A stretch of 64,000 nt of DNA. Source: Squalus acanthias (lineage: Eukaryota). The notes under the pieces are model-generated. The model had not been told where the DNA came from. It worked only from the letters and a program-made list of their open reading frames with translations, and did no database searches. The position numbers and the translations under genes are program-made. How positions within the stretch are numbered: the stretch's first letter is position 1; every line of letters begins with the position of its first letter. Below, in pieces: positions 35,993 to 47,333 of this stretch. Location of the stretch: NCBI GenBank assembly GCA_030390025.1, contig CM059432.1:119352001-119416000 (forward strand). Reading direction: 5' to 3'.

Positions 35993-37078
35993 ATGGGTGC
36001 TTTTGTTGATATTTTCTTCTGGATGGAGGGACACTTGGAGAAAGAGGAGCAGCAGAAGCCGCCTGGGCCAATCAGAAGACAGCAGGTGAGGAGGGAGCTC
36101 AGAGGAGGCCAGACCAAGCACATAGGGGTACAGGTCAAGGGTCGCCTTCTTGGATCTATCTGCAAGCAGTGCTTCAGGGGGCTACGCTTCTTCAGACAGG
36201 CTGTCATAACTCTGCAACCTCTCACAACAGGACTTGCTGCCTGCTGAGCCTTATACTGGCAAAGCATGGCCGTAAAATTCATCACTCGCCTTAACTTCCT
36301 CACTACTAGCTCCTTTCAGTCTGCTACAGGGGACATCAGCTGCATCTCCCAGTCTGTAGTACACAGCTCTTCTTGCTGGGGCTGACCAGTACATCGCCTT
36401 CCCCATTGACCTCAATAGTCAACAAGGGAAAGCGTGGAGATTTGCAGCAGGAGCTTGCTTCCACCACTTGCAGGGTGTCAATGACTGCACACATCTCGCC
36501 AACCGGGCAACAGAACTCCAGCCAACAACATTCATCAATACAAAAGGTTAGAACTCCATCAATGTGCATCTAGTGACCGATCACAAATCGGATCATGCAA
36601 GTGTCTACAAGATACCCAGACAGCTTCCATGACACATTTATTTTGAGACAGTCTACCATTCCCCGAATATTTGATCCTTCCAGGAACATCACTAGATGGT
36701 TGCTGGGGGACGAGATACCCCTACAGAGGTGGTTAATGATACCACCATGTAACACCACAATGCCTAAGCAACACATTGAAGTTGGGGACCGGTGGGATCA
36801 TTATTGAACACACCATAGGGATGATGAAACAGTGGTTCAGGTGTCTTGATGGGTCTGGGGGCCTCCCTACAATATAGCCCGTGAAGGGTGTCATGGTATT
36901 GTGCTGGACACTGCACAACTTAACCATACAGAGAGACTTGCATTTGGAGGAGACACAGCAGCAACAGCAGTCCTCATTGGACGAGGAAGACCGGGCGAAA
37001 GTGAGGAAGCAGCAGAAGAAGGAGGGTCACCTTATCGCCTGCAGCAAGAGATGTGAGGACAACTTCATTGCTCAGTGA
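35993..37078 (+). pseudogene. Harbinger (HARBI1-like) DDE transposase remnant
   Basis: Frameshifted motifs LNFLTTSSFQSATGDISCISQS, YPDSFHDTFILRQS, WLLGD, IIEHTIGMMKQWFRCLD, LHNL, then an acidic tail. Confidence 0.85.
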
Positions 37079-37811
37079 CTCCCTTGCCGTGAAAACTTTC
37101 ACAGAACCCCTTTACTTAACAGTCCTTGTTACATCTCTTCATCCTGCATTAAAGAATATTCAAACCATTCAGACAACTTCTATATCAGTGACATACTGGC
37201 AATGAAGACTCAGAAGCTGCTGTTAAATCACACTGCAGACCAAAGTACCAAATGTGATCAAGGTGATTAATTTAAACATAATAATTGCCTTCCACTTATT
37301 TCTTACCCGTAGTGATTCTTTTAAAGAAGCTTCACTAACTCTAGCAGCCCTATGAGGCGCTCCCCCAGTGGCTTCAGCAGAGCTGGTGGAAGGCTGCTGT
37401 TCTCATTCTGGGACCCTTGAGATGACTGTGGCTGGTACTCGAGCCTGTGAGGATCTGACTGCAGACTGCTGCATCTCAGTTGCTGCTGGGACAGTCTGAC
37501 CCAGTTGACTTGCTGGCAACATGCTGGGTATTGGTTGAGGGGTAGTGAAGGATCAGATGTGCTGACATCCTGAGAGAGACCAATGCGTGCTGCTCCCATC
37601 CTGCCACAGCCACTCCTGTGAGGCTGTGGCTCACCACTTCCACTGATCTGTGGCAGAGCAGACTGCGGAAGATTAGTGACTCCTTCAAAGCCCCTCTCTA
37701 TTCTGTCCACCAATCTATCCAAGGCGAAAGTCTACTTCACCAAGGCAGAGCAGTACTTTGAGCCCACAGTGTGCAAGGTAGGCGTTTGAGCTGCCACCAA
37801 AGTAGGCACTT

Positions 37812-38183
37812 AATAATGTAGGGAAACGCAGCAGCCAATTTGCAAACAGCAAGATCCCACAAACAGCAATGAGATAATGACCAGATAATCTGTACCTATT
37901 TAGTGATGTTGGTTGGGGGATAACTATTGGCCAAGACATCGGCATAACACCCCTACTCTTCTGTGAATGGTGCCGTGGGATCTTTTACATCTACCAGAGA
38001 GGTCAGACGGGGCCTCGGTTTAACGTCTCATCCAAAAGACAGCACCTCCAACAGTGCAGTACTCTCTCAGTATGCACTAAAGTGGCAGCTTGCAATATGT
38101 GATCAAATCTCTGATGAGGGGCTTGAACCCACGACATAGTGACTCAGAGGCGAGAGTGCTACCACTGAGCCAAGGCTGACACC
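37812..38183 (-). mobile_element. tRNA-derived Deu-domain SINE (SacSINE1/DeuSINE-like), nested in the Harbinger
   Basis: Minus-strand A-box TGGCTCAGTGG and B-box GGTTCAAGCCC, followed by GATGAGACGTTAAACCGAGG...AAAAGATCCCACGGCAC...AAGAGTAGGGGTGT (Deu-domain-like). Homologous to 59430-59879. Confidence 0.8.
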
Positions 38184-38689
38184 AAAAATGGACCCTCCTG
38201 TTGTGAGGGTCTGGCTGCAGCATTCCTGGAGGTGACTACTGATTTAGGGTTGCCGATATAGACTGGCTATTAGTAGGTGACAATCTTGAGAACACAGCTT
38301 AAAGTTCTGAACCGTGTTGCATTTTTGCTGAAGTGAATGAAGACTTACAAAAAATATGCCGAGACCCTGGTGAAATAAGGCAGCAGCCTCTCCCTCGCTG
38401 ATTGTCAATGCTCTGTCTGGGTGAGGGCGATGAGGTTGTGAACTCCTCCACTCATCTTGCTCCTTTATCTCACATTATGTCCTGTCTTGTCTTGCAGAAA
38501 AGAGGGCGAGAGTTAGCGAGTGTCTGTTGACAAGTTCAGGGGAGATGTGTGGGCCTTGTGCAGAGAGCTGGAGAAGAAGGAAGATGGAATGAGGATGGGG
38601 AGGTGATGTTTGTAAAAGCTGAGTGTGTGTAATGTGAAGTGAGGAAGGAGTGGTTGGAGTAGTTGATGGTTATGCAAGTGGTAGGGTGT

Positions 38690-38908
38690 GAGTTCTTGGA
38701 ACTTGTTCCTGCATTGAAGCCAAGTCCTGGGGTTGAGGCTGGTGGCACTGTCCCTCTGATCCACCTCTGCCCAGACCTGCTCGACAGTGGCCTTGGGGAT
38801 GCTCCTGTGGCTCCTGAGGAAGAAGAACTCCCTCCTTGCCTTCACTTCTTCCATTAGAACCTCCAGGCAGGTACCAGAAAGCCAGAGGAGGGCAAACCTT
38901 TTGCTCAT
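38690..38908 (-). pseudogene. Harbinger Myb/SANT-like DNA-binding protein, first-exon remnant
   Basis: LEVLMEEVKARREFFF...VWAEVDQRDSATSLNPRTWLQCRNKFQEL is a trihelix signature (W..V....R.W.QC..KF..L). Confidence 0.8.
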
Positions 38909-40476
38909 TGTAGCAGCTAAGATATGTTGCAGATTGAAAAAGTGAAAAAGCCAAGCAGGGGATGCAACCTTGCTTTAAGAGCTGCAACCCCACTTCAGAT
39001 AGGCCTCAGAAGTTGTGCCAGAAATTTGTGCATGGGATGTGGGTGGGCTGCCCCATTGCTGACGCAAGCAGGAAGGAAGCCCTTCACTCAGATAATAATG
39101 GGCCCTGGGAGAAAATATTGCCCAGGCTTCTCATTACCAACATTATGGAGGTTTCCCTTCCGCCTTGGTCCCCACCTGCCACACTTCCACCTCGAGTTAA
39201 AATCGAGGCTTTAGTTATGTAACTTGCAGGCAAAAATACATTTTTAAGATGCAATATTTAAAATCTAACACAGACATCTTCTTAAATGGTTTTCAAAAAT
39301 ATTATCTGGAGATCAGAACCCAAACTCTAATTTTATCTGTTAAAACACAGCTCAGATCTGCAGGCACAAATAAAGAAAAATGAATGTTGGACAATGAGTA
39401 ATGATACGAACAGTATGAGCAAGTGTTCTGCATGGGAGAACAAGCATTAATTATGGGCCAAATCTCAGTTGGGCAGAAGGGAAGTCCACTGTACATGTCA
39501 GTGTATTAAGGAAGCAAGTAGATGTCAGAAAAATAACAAATAGATGAGGCGTGATTTTTTTTTTAAGACATCTGGAACTTTGCCGTGTTATATGTGAAAC
39601 ACATTTTGTTTCTTTGCTGATGATTTTTGTGGCGGTTTTGTGGGTATGATAAATGCTTAAACATTGGGCCCCCCAAGAGGTTTTTTTCATTGAACGGGAC
39701 ATACTGTAGAAAATTTTTGCTATTTTTAAAACTCTTGTGGCCTTGCAGTCATAAGACTTGTGACATTTTCCTTATGGCAGCTCCTCTTGTTGTAATGTCA
39801 TAAGGGATTTACAATTTTTGACTGGATTATATATTTATTTAAAAAAAATCTTGTGGCTTCCGTTTGTCTATACTAGCTGGGGGGCAATTTAAATTTAACT
39901 CTCCTGGTGGGAAACGGGTGAGATCAGATGGGCTGCCGGGTTTACTCACCACTCGATTTTACTTTCCGTTTAGGTCAAGCTAGATTTTAATTTTAACTCA
40001 ATAATTTTATAATTTCCAAATCATTAACTCAAGACTTCTGCAATTTATGAACCTCATAGATTTTTGGGGATAAATGGGACTGACAAGGATGCCGCAGAGT
40101 TACATTACTGCTCCTTTATTAGCACAGAGATGTGAACACTGGAGAATCACTGCAGTGGTGCTGAAAATAGCACATTTAGGAGACTCTGCAACTTTTCTCC
40201 AACACAATATGAACTTGCTGACAACTTACAGAGAAAAGTAATCAGTCAGACAATAGCAGGCTGCACGCAGCCTCCACAAAACTTCTCCATCGTGTTCCCT
40301 TCCCTGCTGCTGTCTGCCCCTTGTCACTCTTCTGTGGAAGTTTTCCTGCACACAGTCGCACCTTCACTGCATTAGTTTTCTGCATGCTCTTTTTCACAGT
40401 GCAGAACCCATTCCATCATCTTGCTGAAGTACTGATCTTCAGCCACGACACATGGTTTGATAGTGTACTTTGTTAG

Positions 40477-40890
40477 GGGTACCATAGTGTAGTGGTTATG
40501 TTAGTGGCCTAGTAATTCGGAGGCCTGGGCTGATAATCTATAGAATGTGAGTATAAATCCCACCATGGCAGTTTGAGAATTTTAAATTTAGTTTTAAAAT
40601 ATCTGGAGATAAAAAGCTGGCATCAGTAAAAGTGACCATGAAGCTGTCGGGTTATCATAAAAACCCATCTGGTTCACTAATATCCTTCAGGGAAGGAAGC
40701 CTGCCATCCTTATATGGTCTGGCCTGTGTGTGACTCCAGTTTCACACCAGAGTGGTTAACATTTAATTGCCCTCTGAAGTGGCCAAGCAAGCCACATAGT
40801 TTCATCAAACCACCTGCTCGGGGCATACAAGGATGGACAATAAATGTGAGTTTTGCCAGCGACACCCACATCCTGAGAATGAATAACAAA
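40477..40890 (+). mobile_element. tRNA-head SINE with RTE-X-like 3' tail
   Basis: Decayed A/B boxes (TAGTGTAGTGG; GAGTATAAATCCC). The tail GGATGGACAATAAATG..TTGCCAGCGACACCCACATCC resembles the 3' end of the LINE at 63425-64000. Confidence 0.65.
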
Positions 40891-40966
40891 TAGTAACCCA
40901 GTTATTGCAGCCTGCTCACTCTAACATGTTCCGTTACTGCACGCAGGGCAATCTTTATTATTGTAG

Positions 40967-41909
40967 CCATGATGTGGAGATGCCGGTGTTGGACTGGGGT
41001 GGACAAATGTGAGAAGTCGCACAACACCAGGTTATAGTCCAACAGCTTTATTTGAAATCACAAGCTTTTGGAGCGCTGCTCCTTCGTCAGGTGAAGTGAA
41101 GAGATGCATATAGGCACAGCATATATAGTCAGAGAACACTGCCAGATGATTACAGTTAATCTTTCTAACTGCCCTTTATCACGCCTCGGCAGAGAGATAA
41201 TCACGGCAATCACAGGTGTGGATGGTGTCCAAACAGGTCAGTCAGTAAAACATTACATCAAAGACAGTGAGGTGGGGTCACAAGGGGTCAATTGTGGCTG
41301 ATGCTGGGGTCTGTATGGAAAACAAAAAACATATTTTGCTGGAAATCACAGCAGGTCCGGCCGCATCTGTGTAGAGAGAACAAGCCAATGACGACTCGAG
41401 TCTGGATGACTCTACATCAGGTGGGGTTACATGTAGCGTGACATGAACCCAAGATCCCGGTTGAGGCCGTCCTCATGGGTGTGGAACTTGGCTATCAGTT
41501 TCTGCTCGACGATTTTGCATTGTCGTGTGTCTCGAAGGCCGCCTTGGAGAATGCTTACCCGAAGATCGGAGGCTGAATGTCCTTGACTGCTGAAGTGTTC
41601 CCCGACTGGGGGGAACACTCCTGCCTGGCGATTGTTGCGCGGTGTCCGTTCATACGTTGTCGCAGAGTCTGCATGATCTCGCCGATGTACCATGCTCCGG
41701 GGCATCCTTTCCTGCAACGTATGAGGTAGACAACGTTGGCCGAGTCACCCACCAGGTACATGGTACATACCCATGTGACTCGGCCAACGTTGTCTACCTC
41801 ATACATTGCAGGAAAGGATGCCCCGGAGCATGGTACATCGGCGAGACCAGGCAGACTCTGCGACAACGTATGAACGGACACCGCGCAACAATCGCCAGGC
41901 AGGAGTGTT
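40967..41909 (-). mobile_element. Penelope-like element 3' fragment with GIY-YIG endonuclease remnant and inverted 5' end
   Basis: CDSANVVYLI(R/H)CRKGCPGAWYIGET..TLRQRMNGH..VGEHF...EQKLIAKFHTHEDGLNRD is a GIY-YIG domain with Cys/His ligands; terminal repeat with hammerhead motif at 41058-41094. Confidence 0.88.
41058..41094 (-). ncRNA. Minimal type-I hammerhead ribozyme motif, core mutated (GAAA>AAAA)
   Basis: Minus strand reads UCAC-CUGACGA-A-GGAGC agc GCUCC-(A)AAA-GC-UU-GUGA: stem I, stem II and a palindromic AAGCUU stem III, as in Penelope-associated ribozymes. Confidence 0.7.
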
Positions 41910-42098
41910 GCCTTAATGGGAAATACATTGTTAAAGCTTCAGTGATAAATCCTTTAATCTGCTGTACATCCAACCAGCCAAGTGAAATATGCGAACTGCA
42001 ATGTTGTAGTAGTTTGGGCTTTCTTCATGTTTTCACCTTAAAAAAAGTAGGTTCCATAAGCAGACCTGAGTCTCCAGTGAAAGGAGACTTCTACCGTT

Positions 42099-42618
42099 AT
42101 AAGAACATAAGAACATAAGAATTAGGAGCAGGAGTAGACCATACAGCCCCTCGAGACTACTCCGCCATCCAATAAGATCATGGCTCATCTTCGATCTCAA
42201 TTCTACTTTCTCGCCCTATCCCCATATCCCTTGATTCCCTGAGAGTCCAAAAATCTATTTATCTCAGCCTTGAATATACTCAACAACTCAGCATCCACAG
42301 CCCTTTGTGGTAGAGAATTCCAAAGATTCACAACCCACTGAGTGAAGAAATTCCTCCTCATTTCAGTCTTAAATGGCCGAACCCTTATCCTGAGACTATG
42401 CCCCTTAGTTCTAGACTCTCCAGCCAGGGGAAACAACCTCTAAGTATCTACCCTGTCAATCGCACTCAGTATCTTATATGTTTCAATGAGATCACCTCTC
42501 ATTCTTCTAAACTCAACAGAGTATAGCCCCAATCTACTCAATCTCGCCTCATAGGACAACCCTCTCATCCCAGGGATCAATTGAGTGAACCTTCATTGCA
42601 CCATCTCCAAGGCAAGAA
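42099..42618 (-). mobile_element. CR1 LINE 3' fragment
   Basis: (ATAAGAAC)n tail; minus frame FPLAGESRTKGHSLRIRVRPFKTEMRRNFFTQWVVNLWNSLPQRAV. Confidence 0.9.
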
Positions 42619-42809
42619 TGTGTGGCATGAATGGGATAGAGCAGCACCGGACTAGCAAATGACTCTCGTACCACAGCAGATACACACCAGAAACCACATG
42701 GGCTGCCCACCAAGTTCTTCTGTCCATGCCAAAGGACTGAAATATCAACAAGGAATGTATTACATTCAGGTTAAAACTTAAGAGTCAGATAATTAAGATA
42801 AGTAAGATA

Positions 42810-42945
42810 ACAAGTGAGGGGAAAAGATTGCAGGACTATGGGGAAGGATCAGGGGAGTAGGACTAATTGGATAGCTCTTTCAAAGAGCTGGCATAGGCAC
42901 GATGGGCCGAATGGCCTCCTTCTGTGCTGTATCATTCAATGATTT
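42810..42945 (+). mobile_element. Short CR1 3'-end fragment
   Basis: GGCACGATGGGCCGAATGGCCTCCTTCTGTGCTGT...TTCAATGATT matches the reverse complement of the CR1 3' end at 32986-33060. Confidence 0.7.
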
Positions 42946-43006
42946 TACACAGACGTAAAAAGCAGCAAGATATTGATGGTACAAACACTTATAAAGTAAA
43001 GATTAA

Positions 43007-43765
43007 GGGCCAAAAATTCGGCCCTTCCCAGGTGAGTACGCGCTCTGTACTCACCCGTATTGCTTCCCGAAGTGCCGGTTTCCTGCATGTACTGCGCATG
43101 CGCGGGAAACCGGAACTTTCGGTCTGGTGAAGGGGGCGGTTCCTAGGTGAACCGTGTGCGCGGTAGAGGCTGCGCGCACGCAGCAAACTTAGATTTTTTT
43201 TCAGGTTTCTACGCGAGGTTAAGTATTGAAGAAACTACACTTTTAAAAAGGAGGCGTAAGACCCGTTTTCAACAATGTAAGTGGTTAATTAAGTATAATT
43301 TTAAAAAAATTTCAACAGGTTTATCTTTTTTAGATACTTTAAAGAAAGGTAAGTTTATTTTTATCACTTTTAAAAAGTATTTTAATTTTTTCAAAAATTT
43401 AAATTTTTGTTTAAAGTGGTTAATTTATTTAACTATAGTTATTTTATAAATGTGATGGTTTTTTAAAAATTTATTTTAAGTTTAGCTGTTCTTTTGGGGC
43501 CGATTTCAATTCACAGATTTGACAGGTTGTCAAATCTATGAATGAAAGATGGTCTGCTGCCATTGGCTCTCCGTGGCCCACATGATCCCAGGGGACGCAT
43601 CGCACTAACTGCGCCCCTGGAACACGCAAGCATTGCACGCCGGCAGTTGGGAGAGGCCCAGGACCCGAAGTTCCCGTGGGCCCAAAACACAACGGCAGGC
43701 GCGGTAGGTTAGAGCGCGCGCGATCCTTACCCCCGCGGCAAGCTGGAGAGGCGAATTTCTGGGCC
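43007..43765. mobile_element. Diverged relative of the 763-bp array MITE, in opposite orientation
   Basis: TIRs GGGCCAAAAATTCG / CGAATTTCTGGGCC. Colinear with the reverse complement of 24594-25356 (GCGCATGCGCGGGAAACCGG, GGGGGCGGTTCCTA.GTGAACCGTGTGCGCG, same AT-rich core). TSD not preserved. Confidence 0.85.
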
Positions 43766-43866
43766 GATATCTTTCTACAAGAGTTTATATATCTTCTTCA
43801 AAACATGTTTCTTTCACATCTGATAATGTTCAAGACTCTGACCAGTTCCTACCTAAAATGGCAATC

Positions 43867-44061
43867 GGGGTCCTATTTACATCATAGAACCCCGATTTCC
43901 ATATTAAAAGAGGCCTATCGCCTGAATCAGGCGGGTGCTTTGGACACTTGGTGGTAGGTACCTTTAAAAATGGCTCCGGCCACATCACCGGTGTAAACAA
44001 CCCCATGTTGAGATCGTTACTGCCCTGTTAATGCTAGACGAGGGCGCTCAAAATTGACCCC
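43867..44061. mobile_element. Small Harbinger-like MITE remnant
   Basis: GGGGTCCTATTT...AAATTGACCCC imperfect TIRs; a similar end GGGGTCAATTT occurs at 44934. Confidence 0.45.
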
Positions 44062-45334
44062 TACAGCTGCTAGAAGCATTGTTTAGTGATGTGCTGTCTT
44101 TCTGATTCATAGAGGGCATTTCTTCATTCCCTCAGGCCATCAATAATAATGTACAAACATACAAGATATGAAAATGGTGTACAGGAAAAGATCAGCTGGT
44201 CGACTGAGCCTGTCCCACACAGCCATGTTACAATTAAGCATCATGACCCTCACTGCTCCCCACCTACTCTCACCATGTAACATCCTCGAAGAGGCATATG
44301 AAAAATAGCCAAGAAATAAGAATTCCGTGAAATTCCTCTCCAGCCTCCCAACAGTGTTCAAAAACAAGTTCAGGAGACCACAGAGACAATGAGGCACATC
44401 TGCAACACCTCACCTAGTTTTTGTACGCAGTAATATCGGCCTCAGCCAAGAACTCATCAGTTAAATGGGCTTTCCTCCTCTACTTCATCTGCCAGGATTC
44501 CAATTTGCACACTCATCAACCGGATTGATGCACTGAACATTATTTACGGTGATCCAGTTCTATTAATGCAGGTTTTTTCTGGTTGGCTGCTCAGCTGCGT
44601 GTTCCTTGTAATGAATCCTATTGTACCCAAGCATTGGGAGTAAACCTCTGTTTTGTTGCGGTATTGTGTTAACAACATAGGGGAAACAAAATGAATTGTT
44701 ATTTAGAGCAAATGGAGCCCCCATACTCTTAGTCAAACATTTTTGAGTCCTAACAGAAATATTGAGCTCTTTTCTTCCAAATCTTACAGCTTCAATCCAC
44801 ACCTTTGAGATAAAAATGTCAGGACAAAACACAAGCCTGAAATCGTTAACAACATATTTTTCTCATAATGAAACCTGGGCATATGAAACTATAGATTATT
44901 TCATCTGACACCCACTCACTGTATGGTTTAAAAGGGGTCAATTTGAACCCATTTGGGCAGCAAAGAGGATGGATCCAATTTGAGGCCTGTGCCTCATTTA
45001 AATAGAACTGGTGAGCTGCCTGCACCAAACAAATGTCCCGATGCAGCTGGCCAGATTTAGGCCGGAGCAATATTGGGCGGCCCGGTTAGCAGCAAGCTAA
45101 GACCGGCAGAAGGGTGGAGTAGGGGTTGTTTGCGATTGTGGAGGGAGAAGGACCCCGGAGCGGCAGCAGCCCAGATTATTTTAGTGGGGTCCGGAGGAAC
45201 ACGCATGCTTCTCCTGGTCGCACAAAAATGATTTCAACTTTACCTTTTTGAGGCCTCTTCGGCTCAATCGCCAGTGAAACTGGTCGCAGATTGCACAGCG
45301 CACACACCAACCAGTTCCATCTTAAAATGCTAAA

Positions 45335-45597
45335 ACTAGGGGTCATAAATATAAGATCGCCACTAATAGATCCAATAAGGAATTCAGAAGAAACTTCTAT
45401 ACTCAGAGAGTGCTGAGAATATGGAACTTGATACCACATGAAGTAGTCAAGGCGAATAGCATAGATGTATTTAAGGAGTAGATAAGTAGATGAGGGACAA
45501 AGGAATAGAAGGAAATGCTGATAGGGTTGGATGAAGTAGGGTGGGAGAAGGTTCGCGTGGCGCCTAAACATTGACATAGACCAGTTGCGCTGAATGA
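45335..45597 (+). mobile_element. CR1 LINE 3' fragment, degraded
   Basis: RGHKYKIATNRSNKEFRRNFYTQRVLRIWNLIP matches the CR1 ORF2 C-terminus. Confidence 0.75.
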
Positions 45598-47333
45598 CGT
45601 GAAAGCAATTCATGTCAAAAAATGTAATTGGAAAATTTAAGAAAGTATCGTTGATGCTCAAAATAGTGATACACCCCAAAGTTAAACCACTTTAGCTTCT
45701 GCGAATAGTAGTCCAATGTTGTAACAGATTTAATTACTGCTGTTTTGAATTGTATTTTTTTGTCTCCATAGCAACGGTCCCTCCAAAATAATTAATTGAA
45801 TAGAGTGCTTTGGGATGTTTGTGTGAGATGTGATAATACGCTATATAAATGCAAGACTTTCATTTCAAATCCCTTTTCCTTGTTGTACATGCACCAGATG
45901 GTTTTTTGCATTAAGCACTGGAACATAATAAATAATCTGGAAATAAAACAATTTGCCGCAATTATGTTTCTATTTTATGATTTCTTATAAGTTTTATGAA
46001 CGATAGCTCCATTATAAGGTAATTACAAAGATGTACTTAATACATATTCTTTGCACAACTCTTATACTGCAAATAATATCATCAATAAAACATAACTATC
46101 CCTGTGTAACTGGCATTTAGAGCATGGGAGTTAAAGGAGAAAAAATTACTTTTTGCCATTAATCCAATTTGCATATAAAAATTAGATCCAATTAACACAA
46201 TTTCTGAACATGTTTTCCATAACAGTATACAAGCACAACCTTGAAGTCAAAGGTATAGGAACGACAAACTGTGGTCTCTTTCTGGACTGCAAACCTTGCA
46301 GTGTCATGAGAAAGCAAATGGTGCAAATTATTATTGGAAAAGTCCTACCAATTTTATGGCTAAGTATTTCATAACATTTTTGAAGAGTGCATGGGCGACA
46401 ATTGTATTGTGTACAATGCATCTTTCCTCTCTCATTTTTGTGAATCATTGACGACGGTTAGACCAGATACTAGTCTCGGTTGTTAGTGCTATCTGACCTC
46501 CTGTTCACCTTCAAGTTGTGGATTAACCAGGACATTGTCCAGTTCAGGAACAGCAAGACTGAAGCCATCCTGTTCAACTTCCCTCTAGAAGTGCCTCAGA
46601 TGTCAGTTTTGTTCCCCTTCCCCCTACTCGCTCAAGTTTAACTCGATAAGGGGCCACCTCCAGACGATACCCTGACTTTCCCATCACGTTCCACCCATTT
46701 GCCAGGTCGTAATCGGGCAGGCAGAGGGTGGGAAATGCCAGATTATTCCAGATCTCTGCATTCTTTAGCCTGATTTTCCCCTGTAATTTCCAGCAGGTGC
46801 ATGTAAATGAGATAGTAATGATGTAGTGACAACATTCATTCCATTTCCCATTTTTTCCATCTCATTTACGCTGAATCCTAATTATGCCAGTACAAAACTA
46901 GCATCTGGGATTGCAAGGCATTACACTGAAGGTGAAAATAAATTTAAAGGGACAAGCTTATTTAGTTACTGTTGCTATTAAAACCTTATTATTATGTTAT
47001 TTTTCTTGTTTTTTTCACCTACTTTGCCATCTGCCTTTGTGCCATTTGGTGAGGAGCTGCCATTTATCCCATTGCCCTTCACATCGGGCACATTGGGTCT
47101 CCCTTTGGCAATTCCCCATTAATTTTGCTGCTTGGAAGAAGGGGAGAAGCAATGGAGAGAATCCAGGCTGCTGAGGCTGTACCACTAGCACTTGATGCTC
47201 CCACACCAGAATGCACAGGCAGGTGTGCTCCTACCTGCCTTTGACAGAGCAGCAGTGCCCGCAGAGACGTTGTATTACAGAACAATCTGTAACCAAGTTA
47301 TGCTACAAGCTGTAAACAGACCTGAAGCTCACC

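Larger units (their letters stand above)
35575..39210. mobile_element. Decayed autonomous-type Harbinger transposon (transposase on +, Myb/SANT-like gene on -)
   Basis: TIR-like ends GGCCTGATTTTAAC / GTTAAAATCGAGGCT; convergent two-gene layout typical of vertebrate Harbinger elements. Confidence 0.75.

Noticed and set aside
38110..38183. tRNA genes (also 59810-59879 and 40477-40565)
   Set aside because: The Pol III boxes are SINE heads followed by SINE bodies; no intact cloverleaf.
44400..44660. Possible exon with a GTGAG donor on the minus strand
   Set aside because: Stops occur in all three minus frames; plus-strand options lack good splice signals.
47015..47206. Minus-strand Cys/Trp-rich ORF as a host exon
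   Set aside because: It lies opposite the 5' region of the decayed Harbinger transposase and has no convincing splice sites.
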